Positions 39,600 through 52,466 are shown, numbered from the stretch's first letter. The stretch is DNA of 59,863 nt from Isurus oxyrinchus (GCA_026770705.1 JANJGN010000038.1:8556001-8615863), one strand, 5' to 3'. Numbers and translations: made by a program. The notes: a model not told the origin generated them from the sequence alone.

Positions 39600-40270
39600 A
39601 TTCATCCAGGAGATGTGAGCGTCTCTGACACGGCCAGCATTTCCCCCATGCTCTGCTGTCCTGGAACTGAATATCTGGCTAGACATTTTCAGAGTCGGAG
39701 GATAGTTAAGAGTGAACCACGTGCTGTGGGCCTGGAGTCACATTTAGGCTAGACTGGGGAAGGATGCATATTTACTTCACCGAATGTTCATTAGTGAACC
39801 AGATGCGTTTATAGCAATGAAAATTGTAACGATCCAGTTCCATTTCCATTTTTTTATTCATTCATGGGATTTGTGCGTTTCCAGCTGAACCAACATTCAA
39901 TAGCCAAACACAATTGCCCTTGAGAAGGTGTTAGTGAGCAAACCTCTTGTACTGCTGCAGTCCACGTGCTGTAGGGACACCCACAGTGCTTCTAGGAAGG
40001 GAGTTGTATGATTTGGACCCAAGGATAGTGAAGAAACAGGGACTTTCCATTGTTGTTGCTGTGCTTCTGCTGCCCTTGTTGCCCGGAGAATTGGGGAATA
40101 TTCCACCACACTCCTGACATGTGCCTTGTAGTTTGTGGACAGGTATTTGCAGAATTCCCAGCTTCCGAACGGCTCTTGTCTCAATCGCATTTAAATTTCA
40201 CCAGCTGCTGTGGTGGGATTTGAATCCATGTCCCCAGAAGATGAGTCTGGACCCCTGGGCTAGTGATGAG
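39600..40270 (-). mobile_element. interleaved SINE and CR1-tail fragments
   Basis: Reverse complements of the SINE core (cattagtgaaccagatg), head (tggtgggatttgaatcc) and LINE tail (caattgcccttgagaaggtg). Confidence 0.6.
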
Positions 40271-40822
40271 CACTTGGGACGCTATAACATTCAAGGCTAT
40301 GGGCCAAGTGCTGGTAAATAGGATTAGGTAGGTAGGTAGGTCAAGTGTTTCTCAAGTGCCGGTGCAGACTCGATGGGCCGAAGGGCCTCTTCTGTACTGT
40401 GATTCTGTGAATCTGTGGCAGAGCTACAGCCAGGTCGTGCCTGAGTTAGGGTCCAGTGTAACGTAACCAGAGATAGGGCCTGGTATAATATAAATGGAAA
40501 GCTGCTCCAGTACAATAATAACTGAAACAGAGCCTGGTTAAAATAAACTTAAACATGGTCCAGTGCATTAAAAACAGGGACAAGTTCTATGAAATATAAA
40601 CATAAACAATATAGCACATCAATAACTAAGAAACCGCCTTATGTAACACAAACAGATATTATATGAGGTCAAATTTCAACAAAGCTTTTTGGAATTTAAA
40701 CTTAGTTAATTTTATACATCTGAACTATTAAAAATGCCCTCCATATCAGTAATGGGAAACGTGCATCTCCCAGACTCATCAAAACACAGCTGACATATAA
40801 AGGTACGTTTCGGAAATACATT

Positions 40823-41122
40823 CCACCCCCCCCACCCCCACACCCCCCCCAACCCTCCCCCCCCACCCCACACCCCCCCCCCACACCTCCCCCCCACCAC
40901 CTCCCCCCACCCCCCACCCCCCACCGCCCCCCCAACCCCACCACCCCCCCCCCACCCCCACCCACCCCACCCCCCCCACCACCCCCCCCACCCCCACCCC
41001 ACCCCCCCCACACCCCCACCACCCCCCCCCACCACCCCCCCCACCCCCACCCCACCCCCCCACACCCCCCACCACCCCACCCCCCCCACCCCCCCCCCCC
41101 CCCACCACCCCCCCCCACCACC
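40823..41122. repeat. C-rich low-complexity tract (C-runs punctuated by A)
   Basis: About 300 nt almost exclusively C and A. Confidence 0.9.
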
Positions 41123-41390
41123 TTACATGTTTTTTTCCCAAAGGGACTCCAGATAAAGAGCAAGGTGGTTAACTTTGAATCTCCCTCTAAACATTCTCAG
41201 TGTGCAGTCATTTTTATTAAATGGCCACGAGAATCAGCAACCTGAGCACAGTCAGTAAAGCCAGACGGCATCAACCGAGGCACAGGCAAAGACACAGGCA
41301 GTCCAATTAACTGTATAAAATTCTCTGAACGATCTTCTGTGGACATCTCCCACAGCTGAGAAACACGGAACGCAGGCTAGCGGAAACACA

Positions 41391-42172
41391 ACAAGAACAA
41401 CAAAAAAGAACAAAGAAAAGTACAGCACAGGAACAGGCCCTTCGGCCCACCAAGCCTGCGCCGATCATATTGCCCGTCAACTAAAACATTTTGCACTTCT
41501 GGGGTCCATATCCCTCTCTTCCCATCCTATTCATGTATTTGTCAAGCTGCCTCTTAAACATCACTATCGTACTTGCTTCCACCACCTCCTCTGGCAGCGA
41601 ATTCCAGACACTCACTACACTCTGCATAAAAAACTTGCCCCGCACATCTCTGTAGTTTTCTCCTCTCACCTTAAATCTATGTCCCCTAGTAACTGAATCT
41701 CCCACCCCGGGAAAATGATTCTGACTGTCTACTCTGTCCATGCCACTCATAATTTTGTAAATTTCTATCAAGCCGCCCCTCAATCTCAGTCCCTCCAGTC
41801 AGAACAATCAGAGTTTCTCCAACCTCTCCTCATACCTAATAACCTCCAGACCAGGCAGCATCCTGGTAAACCTCCTCTGCACCCTCTCCAATGCCTCCAT
41901 ATCCTTCTGGTAATGTGGCGACCAGAATTGCAAGCAATGTTCCAAGTGTAGGCTAACCAAGGTTCTATACAGCTGCAGCATGACTTCCCAGCTTTTATAC
42001 TCAATACCCCTGCCAATGAAGGCAAGCTTGCCATATGCCTTCCTGACTACCTTATCCACCTGCGTTGCCACTTTCAGTGACCTGTGGACCTGTATACCCA
42101 GATCCCTCTGCCTGTCGATGCACTTAAGGGTTCTGCCATTTACTGTATAATTCCTGCCTGTATTAGACCTTA
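41391..42172 (-). mobile_element. well-preserved 5'-truncated CR1 LINE
   Basis: Minus ORFs KAYGKLAFIGRGIEYKSWEVMLQLYRTLV...CLQFWSPHY and RGGLIEIYKIMSGMDRVD...TRGHRFKVRG, plus an intact 3' terminus. Confidence 0.93.
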
Positions 42173-42178
42173 CAAACT

Positions 42179-44290
42179 AAACACCCGCCTGACATAGTCA
42201 TGCTCAATGTTAATACCTTCCAACCAATATCCCCACGCCTGATTTACCCACCAGTGATGGCGGGATATTAGTCGGGAAGGAGTGCCCCTGGGGGTCCTCA
42301 AGATTGACTCCAGGAGTCATGAATACTCCTGGCATCAGAACAGGCAACAGTGGAAAATCTCCTTTCTAATTCGAGTTATTTCCCTACCTCAACTAATGAA
42401 TCAGCGCGTCTCCATGTTGAACACAATTCTGGTGAAACCCTGAGAGCAGAAAAGGAAATGGAACTTCAATGCACATCAGCAAGAATGGCTCGATACCAAT
42501 ACTGACTGAGCTGGCTGAGTCACGAAGGACATATCTACCAGACCGTGCCCCTGGAAGGTGTTGAGAGAACACAAGGAGAAAACTTACTTGAGACGGCGCT
42601 CATTACTCTACCTGGCACAGATAGATCTCTCCACATCAGTATTGATGAGAGTGTCCACCGCACTTTTCTTTTGGATACAAAGACCCATCTTCAGACTGAG
42701 AGAACCACCCGCGATGTTGTGTGGCATAATCATCATGCTAAATGCGATAGATTTGGAGAAAATTTGGCAATTAAAACCGTGTGTCAGTGAGGCCATTAGC
42801 TTGAGCAACATTCTCATCCCCCCACAATATGCACGTCATGGGATGTATAACCCTCACTCTACCATTAGGATGAAGCCAGGGGATCAACGGTTGTTCAGTG
42901 ATGAATTTAGAGCAGTAGATCAGATGCAGCAACAAGAAGATCTAAAAATGGGGCGTCAGCCTGATCAAGCTGTAACATGGTGAAAAATTGCTGAACAAAC
43001 CCAATGCGGCCCATTGACCCTCAATCATTGTACTCTCAGCCAGCAGCAACCTGATGGAAGGTGTCATTGACGGAGCAATCAAACAGCAGCTCATCACCAA
43101 CAAGCTGCTCAACAATGCTCAGTTTAGGCTTCACAAGGGCCTTTCAGTTCCCGACTACATCACGTTGTTGATCTCAACAAAGACAAACAGCTGAATCCTA
43201 ATATGAGAGTGAATGCCCTTGACATCAAGGTAGTATTTGACATATTGTGGCATCAAGGAGCATTAGCAACATTGCAGTCAATGGCAATCAGGGGGAAAAC
43301 TCATTGGAGTCATACCTAGCACAAATGAAAATGATTGCTGTTGCTGGAGGCCAAACACCCCGCACCAGAGCATCGCTCTCGGAGTTCCTCAGGAAAGTGT
43401 CCTAGGCCCAGCCATCCTCAGTTGCTTCATCAATGACCTTATTTCCATAATCATGTCAGAAGTCACGATGTTCACGAATGTTGGCACAATTTTCAGCATC
43501 ATTCACGATGCTTCAGATACTGAAGCAGTTCATGCCTCCATGCAGAAAAAAAAAACATTTGGACAATATTAAACCTTTGGCTGATGAGTGGAAAGTGACA
43601 TAACGTGTTACAAGTGCCAGGCAGTGACGATCTCCATCAGGAGAGAATCTTACCATCTCCCGTTGTCATTCATCGACATTAGCATCGCAGAATCCAACAC
43701 CAGCAACACTGTGGGGGCCACAGCAGTAAATTAAGTTAACTGAACCAGCAACATATATGAAGAATCTAGAAAAGGTCAGAGGCAGCACATTGTATGGCGA
43801 GCGATTCACCTCATGTTTCTCCACAATCTGTCCACAATGTCCATGCAATTTTTAGGAAAGTAATTGAATATCTCAGCTTGCCTGGATCAGGGAAGTTCCA
43901 ACAAAACACTTGCCGAGCAGGCCCGAGAAACCACATTATCTTCTCCTAATACTATTTCTTATATTCGGAAGAAGGAAGACACCATGTAGGAAAAATCATC
44001 GCGCCTGACTGGCCACCCCATCCGGCGTTTATAAATCCATTCCCTGCAGCACCACTGCACAAATACAGCAGTGTGCACCATCTACGAAATACACGGTGGC
44101 AACTCGCCAACTGTTCTTTGACAGCCCGTGCAAGCCCCTGACTACTAACACCTAGAGGAGCAAGTGTGACAGACCCATGGAAAGACCTAAAAGTTCCCCT
44201 CAAGGCCAAACACCACATTGGCTTGGAAATATGTTGTTATTTCTTCACCGTCGCTGGGTCAAAACCCTGAAACCCCTATTTTACAGCAAT
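42179..44290 (+). mobile_element. older CR1-clade LINE ORF2 (EN-RT), decayed; probably begins ~41.25 kb before the nested insertion
   Basis: cctgacatagtcat (EN region), gcccttgacatcaagg, ggagttcctcaggaaagtgtcctaggccc and tgtgcaccatctac, homologous to the 4.4-6.0 kb element. Confidence 0.8.
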
Positions 44291-44489
44291 GAATCATAGG
44301 GTCATTGAAATCCACAATACGGAAGAGGGGCATTCGTCCCAGTGAACAAGCAGTAATCAGCCTTGTCAACTTTCCAGCTCTTGGTCTGTAACCTTTTAGG
44401 TTGTTTCACTTCAAGTTTTTACAACCCTTTCACATCATGAGTTTTAGATTCCCATCATCCTTTGGGTGAAAACATTTGCCGTGACCTAT

Positions 44490-46200
44490 TTACTCTAGAA
44501 TGAAGGGGTCGACAGTACTTTAGCCAGATTTGCTGATGATACCAAGCTGGAAAAGGAACCAGGTTCTGAGGAGGACACTAAGAGGCCACAATGACATATT
44601 GGTAAGCTAAGTGATTGTGCTGATGGAATATAAGGTTGGAAAAATATGAGTTTGCCTAATTTTGCCAGATAAGTCGAAAGGCAACATGTTGTTGACTGCA
44701 GAATTCTTCGGTGCAGAGAGATCTGTGTGTGTTTGTACACGGATCACACAAAGCATGCGGGCACAGCAAGGAGTTAGGAAGGCAAAGAAAATAACCTCTT
44801 TTATGCAGCATTGTGTTACCTCAGCTTCCTTTGTTCAAAAGTAAACAAACCTAACCTATCCTCCCAAATAGCAATCCTCCTGCAGTCGAGGCAATGTCGT
44901 CATAAATCTCCCCTGTAACGTTTCTAGCCCAATCAAATCTTTCATATTGTTCCTGGCCCAGGGCTGCACCAAACACTCTAACTCGGGCCTAACTATTGTT
45001 TTACACAGTTCCAGCAGGACGTCTCAACTCGTATATTCTATGCCTCGGAGAATAAAGGCAAGAATCCCATCTGTTTCTTGATCAATTTATCTACTTGTCA
45101 AGGCACCTTTACGAATATCTGCATTCGATAGTCCCACTTTACTTCTCAGTGTCGTATCATTCGTGAATCAGTGGCAGTCACTATCTCAGAATGCGCTGGA
45201 TGCCGGGGTGCTGAATACATTTAAGGAGGAGAAAGACAGATTTTTAATTAGTAATGGGTTGAAAGGTTACAGGGAGAGGATAGGAAATTGGAGTTGAGGC
45301 CGAAATGAGATCAGCTATGATCGTAATGAATAGCGGGGCAGGCTCGGTGCGCGGAATTGCCAACTCTTGCTCCTAGTTCTTATGTTTTATTTACTGTTTA
45401 TTACTCTATCTTGTTAGCTTTCCTTAAATGCACTACCTCGCAAACATCTCTAAGCCATTCTTATGTCTACCTGACTGGTCGATTTCCTGCAGTATACAGC
45501 TTTTTGCTCAATTCTTAATCACACAGCCAATTTGTGTATCATCTAAAGCCTTCTTAATCATGCTCTTTTCAGTCATGTGCAAGTAATTGATATATGCAAG
45601 AAAAGGCAAGTGTCCTATTACTAAGGCCTGGGGGATACCACTCCCGTTTACAGAAACACCCCGTGTCATTTACCGTTTGCTTCCTGGCAATGAACCAATT
45701 TTGGATTTACCTCGCCGCTTTGCCCTGGATCACATTGGCTTTTAATTTCAGAACCGCTCTGCCATGTAGAACCTGGTCATTTTAAAATCCATATACACTA
45801 CATCGAATGCATTGTATCCATCGGCACTCCTTATTATACCTTCAAAACATTTATGCATAATAGTCAGACTCGCCCTTCGTTTAACAAATTCTTGCTGTCC
45901 AGCTTTGCTTACTCAGTGTCATTCTAAATGTCTCATAGAATGTTCTCTTTCCAATACTATTCCCTGCTCCAAGATTATATTCAGTGTCCTGTAATTACTC
46001 AGTCTTATACCTTTCTGCGTTTTGAACAAGGGCACAACGTTAGCTGTCCTGTCGCCCTGTCTCAGTGCCTGAAGTTGCAAAGGATTATAAAGTAGTGGTG
46101 ATTCTTATGCCGAGGGTACAATTCTGGCGAGCCTTGGCATTTATGCATTTTAAAAGGTATTAAACCGCTTGATACTTTCAAAATGGTGGCAATTCGCCAT
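44490..46200. mobile_element. cluster of CR1 fragments in both orientations
   Basis: + strand agatttgctgatgataccaagctg (RFADDTKL) at ~44.53 kb, a minus-strand RT remnant at 44.8-46.1 kb, and a + strand CR1 3' end at ~45170-45390. Confidence 0.7.
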
Positions 46201-46402
46201 TTCTAAAGGGGAATTGGGAGTCGGTAGACATGTTTGACTTAACAACTATTCCAAATCAGTCGATAATAAATAAGTAAAACATTAGAGACTGTCTAATGTA
46301 ATATAAACCATCCATGCCCATCCCTACATTACGCTAGGCCCCTTTTCAGTCATTGCCGCCTGAGGCAGTGCTGGTTTGGTATGATTTAGGCAAACCAACT
46401 TA

Positions 46403-46437
46403 CACTGTCATCTGGTGGCCAATCGTTGCCATTACTG
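46403..46437 (-). promoter_or_regulatory. candidate CTCF site (core + upstream motif)
   Basis: Minus strand CAGTAATGGC-aacgat-TGGCCACCAGATGACAGTG. Confidence 0.55.
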
Positions 46438-48005
46438 CTATCGTGAAAATGTCGACGTTCGTACTGTTGTTGATAGAAACGTATCAACAAACAAATTTGC
46501 ACTTATATTCCACTCAACGCATTTTTAATGAAAGGGAATTAAATGCTGTAAGAATAACTGGTGAAGCAAATCCACCTTTGTGGAAGTAACTTGCAAACAT
46601 TGGGAATAATGTGTCTTGTATGCACACACTCACAGACACAAATAGACGCAGATACATATGTTGAGTCTCAGTCACACAACCAGTAACCACGGAAAACGTG
46701 AATGTAAAGGCCCTCAGGAGAAACATTCCTTAACATTAAAACACGGTGTACAATAGACACAACAGAGATTTCCACTAATCTTTATGAACTGCAATGCGTT
46801 CTGGCTCACCTATCCTTCAGTCCCTCAATCCAGTTCAAATTTTCGAGATTGTCATAAGATTCGACCAGTACTTTCAACAAAACTGTGACATAACACCGAG
46901 CAATGGGAAATTGTACACAGCTCCTGATGGCTGTGACCAAGACAAAACGTATTTTACAACAAACAAAAATCCATCTTCCCACCCAGTCAAATATATGTTC
47001 TTTAATTATTATGAGACATACTTCTCCCTTCATCCATCTGTCCATTTACCTATCACAGAAAAAAATGCTGTACCACAATAACTGACATTGGCAATAGATT
47101 AATATAAACAAAGTGTCCAGTGCTGTCATTACAGAAAAGAGGCCTTATTTAACATAAACAGCGATAAGGACTCCTGCACTCTGAGCAGTTTAGTCCATGA
47201 ATAACTATGGCAGACCCCGTCGAATATAAACAGGGAGATGGCCTCATGCACTTTAAAGGTGGGCATAAAATAGTGCAGAAATAAAGGAGAAAGGGTCTAG
47301 TGTAATATAAATAAGGACATGGATGAGTACAATATAACCAGACACATGCTTCAGTGCAGCAATAACTGAAAAAGTGCCTAGTGTAAAGGATGGATGCGCA
47401 CAGAGTTTATTGCACCAATGTCCGTGACTGGACCCAGTAGAATATGGACGGAGACATGGTCAGGTTATGGCCTTGCAAACCCCTTCAGTAACTTGAACAC
47501 ATCTTTTAAAACATCTCTTAACTCTCTCTGCTCTAGGATGCTATTTCTATCGTTTTTCCACATAACGGAAGCCCCTCACCCCATTTTGATAAATCCTACG
47601 ACAGCATCTTCAGAACCCGAGAGCTCTGCGACATAGAAGGACAAGGACAGCAGGTGAATGGAAGCACCAGCAACTGCTAGTGCCGCTCCAAGTCACACAC
47701 AATATTCTGATTTGGAAATATAGATTTTTTTCCTTCGTTGGTATTGAGTCAAAACCCCAGAGCTCCCTTCCCACCTGCACTGTTTTTGGATTTGAAACAC
47801 ACACAAGGCGGCTCACCAACACATTTTCCAGGGCAATTAGGTTTGGTTAGTAAATGTCGGCCTTGACAGAAATGTCAAAATCTGAGAACGAAGTAGAGCT
47901 AGCAATAACTGAGTGAAGGTCTGCTGTGATATAAACATAGACATGCTTTGGAGCAGTAATAATTGAGGCAGTGTATGTATGTTTCCATGGAAGCAATCGC
48001 GCTAG

Positions 48006-48040
48006 CACTGCCACCTGGTGGCGAAAGATTGCCATTGCTG
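48006..48040 (-). promoter_or_regulatory. candidate CTCF site (core + upstream motif)
   Basis: Minus strand CAGCAATGGC-aatctt-TCGCCACCAGGTGGCAGTG; the core fits the consensus. Confidence 0.7.
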
Positions 48041-48294
48041 TTACTGTAAAATGCCTTCATCAGTTATTGTCTCTTATATTAACGCACCAAAACCAAGCTA
48101 CAATGATATACAAGATCATTACATTCTACAGGGGGTGGCAAAGGATAACAATGCAAAGGATTCCATCTGAGTGAAGCTTTGTTGCGCAAAGAAACATTAG
48201 CAAAAGGACAAAGTGGTTCAAATCCTGTTAATTTATATTAATGTACATTTATTGGCGTTAATTGAAGGGAGGACTTTTGATCAGGGAACATTTA

Positions 48295-48425
48295 TGTGTG
48301 TGTGTGTGTGTACGTCTGTGTGTGTGCGTGTGTCTGTGAGTGTGTATGTGCGCGTATGTGTACGTCTCTGTTTGTCTACCTGTATCTCTGTGTGTCTGCT
48401 TGTTCACTTATGTGCCTGTGCGTGT
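48295..48425. repeat. imperfect (GT)n microsatellite
   Basis: Directly visible. Confidence 0.85.
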
Positions 48426-48849
48426 TTGTCTAAACACATCATTCTTAATGTTTCTATGCGAATTCTGCAAAGGTAAATGATTATGTTTTCCAGTTATGTT
48501 TCTATATTTTATTCTCTTTGATTAAAAATATAATTTTAGGTCCTGTAATATCCTTAATGTGCATTGATTATCCATTTATTTTGTTCTCATATTTAGATTG
48601 CATTGTCCCACCGATCCGTTACCAAGGCAATGTCTGTCCTCAGAAATCATTTGTGAAAAGTGATTAAATCGGAGCATGCATAACGTGTATGAACACATTG
48701 TTCTTTGTGACAGATTGTTAGTTGATCAAAAGCGCATCTCACGGGACCTTGTATTGATTTCTGCATGTTGCAGTAAAAGTGAGAATCTCACTATCCGTGA
48801 CCTGAGATTAATAAAACATTTCCTTCAGTCAGAAAGAAATCGAATTATA

Positions 48850-49440
48850 TCCAACAACCATTTGCAACTATATAGCCCCTTTAATGTCGTAAATCGCTGC
48901 ATGTTGATTCACCAGACCACTAACAGGCCAAGTCTGACACCGAGTCACGTAAGGAGACACAAGGGTGGATGACCATACATTAGGTCAACGACGTAACTTT
49001 TAGTGAGGATAGTAAAGGAGGAGAGAGGGAGAAGGGGTTTATGAGTGAATTCCATGGCTTAGGGCCAAGGCAGTTGGCAACAAGTGATAAAATTCACGGA
49101 TACAAAAGATGTGAGAATTCGAGGAGGGATTGTGAGGCTGAAGGAGCTGATAGGGATGGAAGTGGTGGTTGTAAGGTCGGGGGAGAGGTGGTGGAGGCCA
49201 TGGAGGGAGTTTAACAATTGTGATAATTTTATTACTGATGCATTCCTTAACCGAGAACCGCTGTGAATCAGGGAGAATAGGGTTGATGGGCCAACTGGAC
49301 ATGTCTGCCTTAAGATATGGGCAAGAGCATTTAGCTTGAGCTCCTATTTATGGAAGGTGGGCTCTGGGGAGATGGTCAGGAAACCATTGGAATATTCAGG
49401 TCTAGAAGTGACAAAGAGTTCGATGGGAGTTTTAATTCAC
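48850..49440 (-). mobile_element. decayed LINE 3' fragment (L2-like)
   Basis: ggagagagggagaaggggtttatgagtgaattccatggcttagggccaaggcag...gtggaggccatggagggagttt resembles the antisense 3' region of an L2-like element. Confidence 0.5.
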
Positions 49441-49459
49441 TGCCTATGTCATGTAGACC

Positions 49460-50070
49460 CAGAAACAGGGAATAATTAATTGGGTTTCTGCTCCTATGTC
49501 TGTCGGTGTCATATAGGACCAGTAACAAATAATCATTCCTAGGGTTTGTGCTCGCATGACTGCCTGTATCAAATAGGCCCAGCATCTGGAGATAATGCCC
49601 AGGGCTTGTGATTCAATGTGTGTCTGTGTGACTTGGGACCAGCACCTGGGAATCATTAATATGACATGTGATTCAAGGGCACTTCGTATCAGATAATCCC
49701 TGCACCTATTAGCAATATCCAGGTTTTGAACAACTAAACGGTCATATATCAGCAAATCCAGGTTCTGGGGACAATTCCCAGCGTTTATGTTCTCTGGTGA
49801 GTCTGCTGGGCCCAGGTGCTTGATACTAACCCCAGGATTTATGCTCCCTGATGCTTCTAATATCCCCCAGTCTCTAGGAATCACATTCAGGATTTGTGCT
49901 CCCTGGAGCGTCAGATGGTTTCTGTCACAATTGCCTCATGATCTGAGAATCTTTCCCAGGATTCATACCCTGGTACTTCAGAGAGGATACAGGTTCTGGG
50001 AAGCAATCTCAAGGTATGAATTCATTCGAAATGAACGTCCATATACCCAATGGAGATGAACCTGGACTGT
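49460..50070. repeat. degenerate ~50-bp minisatellite
   Basis: Recurrent cccag(g/c)...tgggaataatt-cccagg(a/g)tttgtgctc motifs. Confidence 0.6.
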
Positions 50071-51894
50071 TTGGAAACATTGTTGCTGGGCAGATCTGTG
50101 TATAAATAGGTTCCTTTGCTAACAGCTGGGTTCTTGTTGCCTTGCTATATTTGATCTGTGAGCAGGAAACTGGTTGTTGAAGTTTCTGCACAGCAGCCAC
50201 AGATGTTTCCTGTAAATTGAAATGTGAATATTCTCTCCTCCCTGATGGTGGAATGCTGGATTCCTGTCACTGCCTGTTGGGCAGAGATATGGGATGAACG
50301 TGTTGTTCAACAAACTGGGAATAAATTTAGCAGCAAATGAATCGTTAGGCAATCTTAATCTAAATTGCATTTCTTATGAGATGATATTAAGGAAACTGCG
50401 TTTTGTGTATGGCAGGTGCAGAACAGACTAAATGCGGCAAAAACAGTACAATAAATTCGGGATTTTAATTAATTAAGGCCAATTTGATTCTGATAATTGC
50501 GAAGTTCTTTCACAATCCTGTAACATGGAATGCCAGCTGAGCTGGTATCACACAGATATAAATAACACATTAACTACTCTGATACTAATGTTTGATTCAT
50601 TTAACAATTTTGTAATTTACCCAATGGTCTGCAGACGGTGGAGTCACAATCCCAATCTGGAGACTGGGAACTCATATTATTCACTGAACTGTTCGTACAA
50701 TTGTAATGGCAGGCTTTATATTTTCATATATAACCCGTTGGCACATTTGGTCTTGGCACCTGAAAAGCTGAGCACAACTGGCTTGATATCACCATAAATT
50801 CAATGATTTCTCATCCTTGGTGCAAATTAACAACATCAAAAAAAAAATCAAACTCGTGATGCCCCAAATCTCTGAATATAATTTATGGTTTAGTGGGGTC
50901 ACCCAGATCGATATTGTTTTATCTGCATTGCTAAATATTTCCCAATGGTTTGTGGGATAAATCTGTCACATCAATTAGAAAGATAGACATGGTGATTTAA
51001 TTCTTAACTAAACAGGGTTCAGCTGCACTGTGCAGCGTCATCACACACACATTCCTCGGTGCAAATCTCAACTTCTCCCATTTAGAATCATTCACTGTGA
51101 AATGAAAGAACAATATTCACACTGGTGACCAGAAATCCAGTGGAAAATTGATTCACGGAGGATTGTTTTAAAGTGAAGCTTCACATTTCACGATGGATTA
51201 TATCTGAAATTAAATGACATTATTCCGAAACTGTCGATGTCTTGGGACAAATATAATAGCTTTCTCTGAACAAATATCAGTAACATTTGTATCTTTTATC
51301 ACACAGATAGGGGAACATGGAAATAAAGAAGACATACATTTAACCAGTGCATTTCACAACCACAGGATACCTTAAAGCGCTTTATAGGCAATGAAGATTT
51401 GTTTGTTTATTTATAAACCTATAATCACCATTGTATTGCAAGGAAAGACAACCGTGAATTTACGTATAGGAGGATCCAACAAACTGCGCTGTGATAAATC
51501 ACTAGATAAGCTGATTTTGGGATGTTGGCTGAACGAGAAATATTGGCCCCAGGGGATCTCTCCCTTCATCTTCGGAATAATTCCATAGGTGTGTTTAGGT
51601 CCTTCTGAGAGCAATTGGACACTGAGCACATGTGAGGTGTTTATTGGGAATGTAAAGATTCGCACTGAATCAATTTAAACCTGCTTTGGAGTGAGAGTAT
51701 CACATCCCAAAGGATAAACAGACAATCAAAAAGATATGTTTGTGGAACACGGAATATTAATGGTTAATAATTGTTTATACAGCTGGACTCAGACAGGAAA
51801 AAGGAGGAGGAGCCAGGCTGTTAACTGGGGGAGGAGAGTGACACCCATTCTCCAGCTTTGTCTCTCTCTCTCTCTCTTATTTGACTCGAGCTGG

Positions 51895-51902
51895 TATAAA
51901 TA
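51895..51902 (+). promoter_or_regulatory. TATA box of the V promoter
   Basis: TATAAATA 98 nt upstream of the leader ATG at 51993. Confidence 0.65.
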
Positions 51903-51992
51903 GCGGGACGGTTCAGCTCCTGGTTCACAATCCGCAGGTGTCACTGCGACGGAGAGTCACGCTCCCAAGTCAGTTATACCCAGAGACTGAGG

Positions 51993-52038
51993 ATGGGATT
52001 TGCGCTGTGCCTTTGCTTCTTCTTGGCTTACTTCACCT
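51993..52038 (+). CDS. IGHV: Ig heavy-chain V leader exon (MGFALCLCFFLAYFT)
   Basis: 46-nt exon encoding a hydrophobic signal peptide, with phase-1 donor GTGAGT at 52039 and a 126-nt intron to AG at 52163-52164. Confidence 0.92.
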
Positions 52039-52164
52039 GTGAGTATCCCTGATTGTATAAGTGATACAACAGAAGTCTGCTTCTTTTCTGATATCGGTTT
52101 GCTATTTCCATTCATTGATTTGATTGGTATCTAATGTAATTACATTTTTTCCATTCGCTAACAG

Positions 52165-52466
52165 ATGTCCAATCCGCCATCGTGCTGACCCAGCCGGCCT
52201 CAGAGACCGCTAAGCCCGGACAATCTCGCAAACTGTCCTGTTCAGTGAGCGGTTTCAGTCTGGACAGCTACTATGTGCACTGGGTTAAACAAGTTCCTGG
52301 GACAGGGCTGGAGTGGCTCCTTGCTTACAGAAAACCCTCGGATACCACGTATTATGCGCCTGGAGTCGAAGGTCGAATCATCCCATCAAGAACTTCGTCC
52401 ACAACTTACATTGAGATCAAAAATCTGAGACCCGAAGACACTGCGAGGTATTACTGTGCAAAAGAC
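52165..52466 (+). CDS. IGHV: IgW-type heavy-chain V segment, intact ORF
   Basis: (Y)VQS-AIVLTQPASETAKPGQSRKLSCSVSGFSLDSYYVHWVKQVPGTGLEWLLAYRKPSDTTYYAPGVEGRIIPSRTSSTTYIEIKNLRPEDTARYYCAKD. It has the canonical Cys, Trp and DTAxYYC. WVKQVPG-GLEWLL-YRK and the short FR3 (SSTTYIEI-NLR) resemble shark IgW more than IgM or IgNAR. Confidence 0.93.

Noticed and set aside
40702-41163. Gly-rich ORFs
   Set aside because: Translation of the C-rich low-complexity tract.
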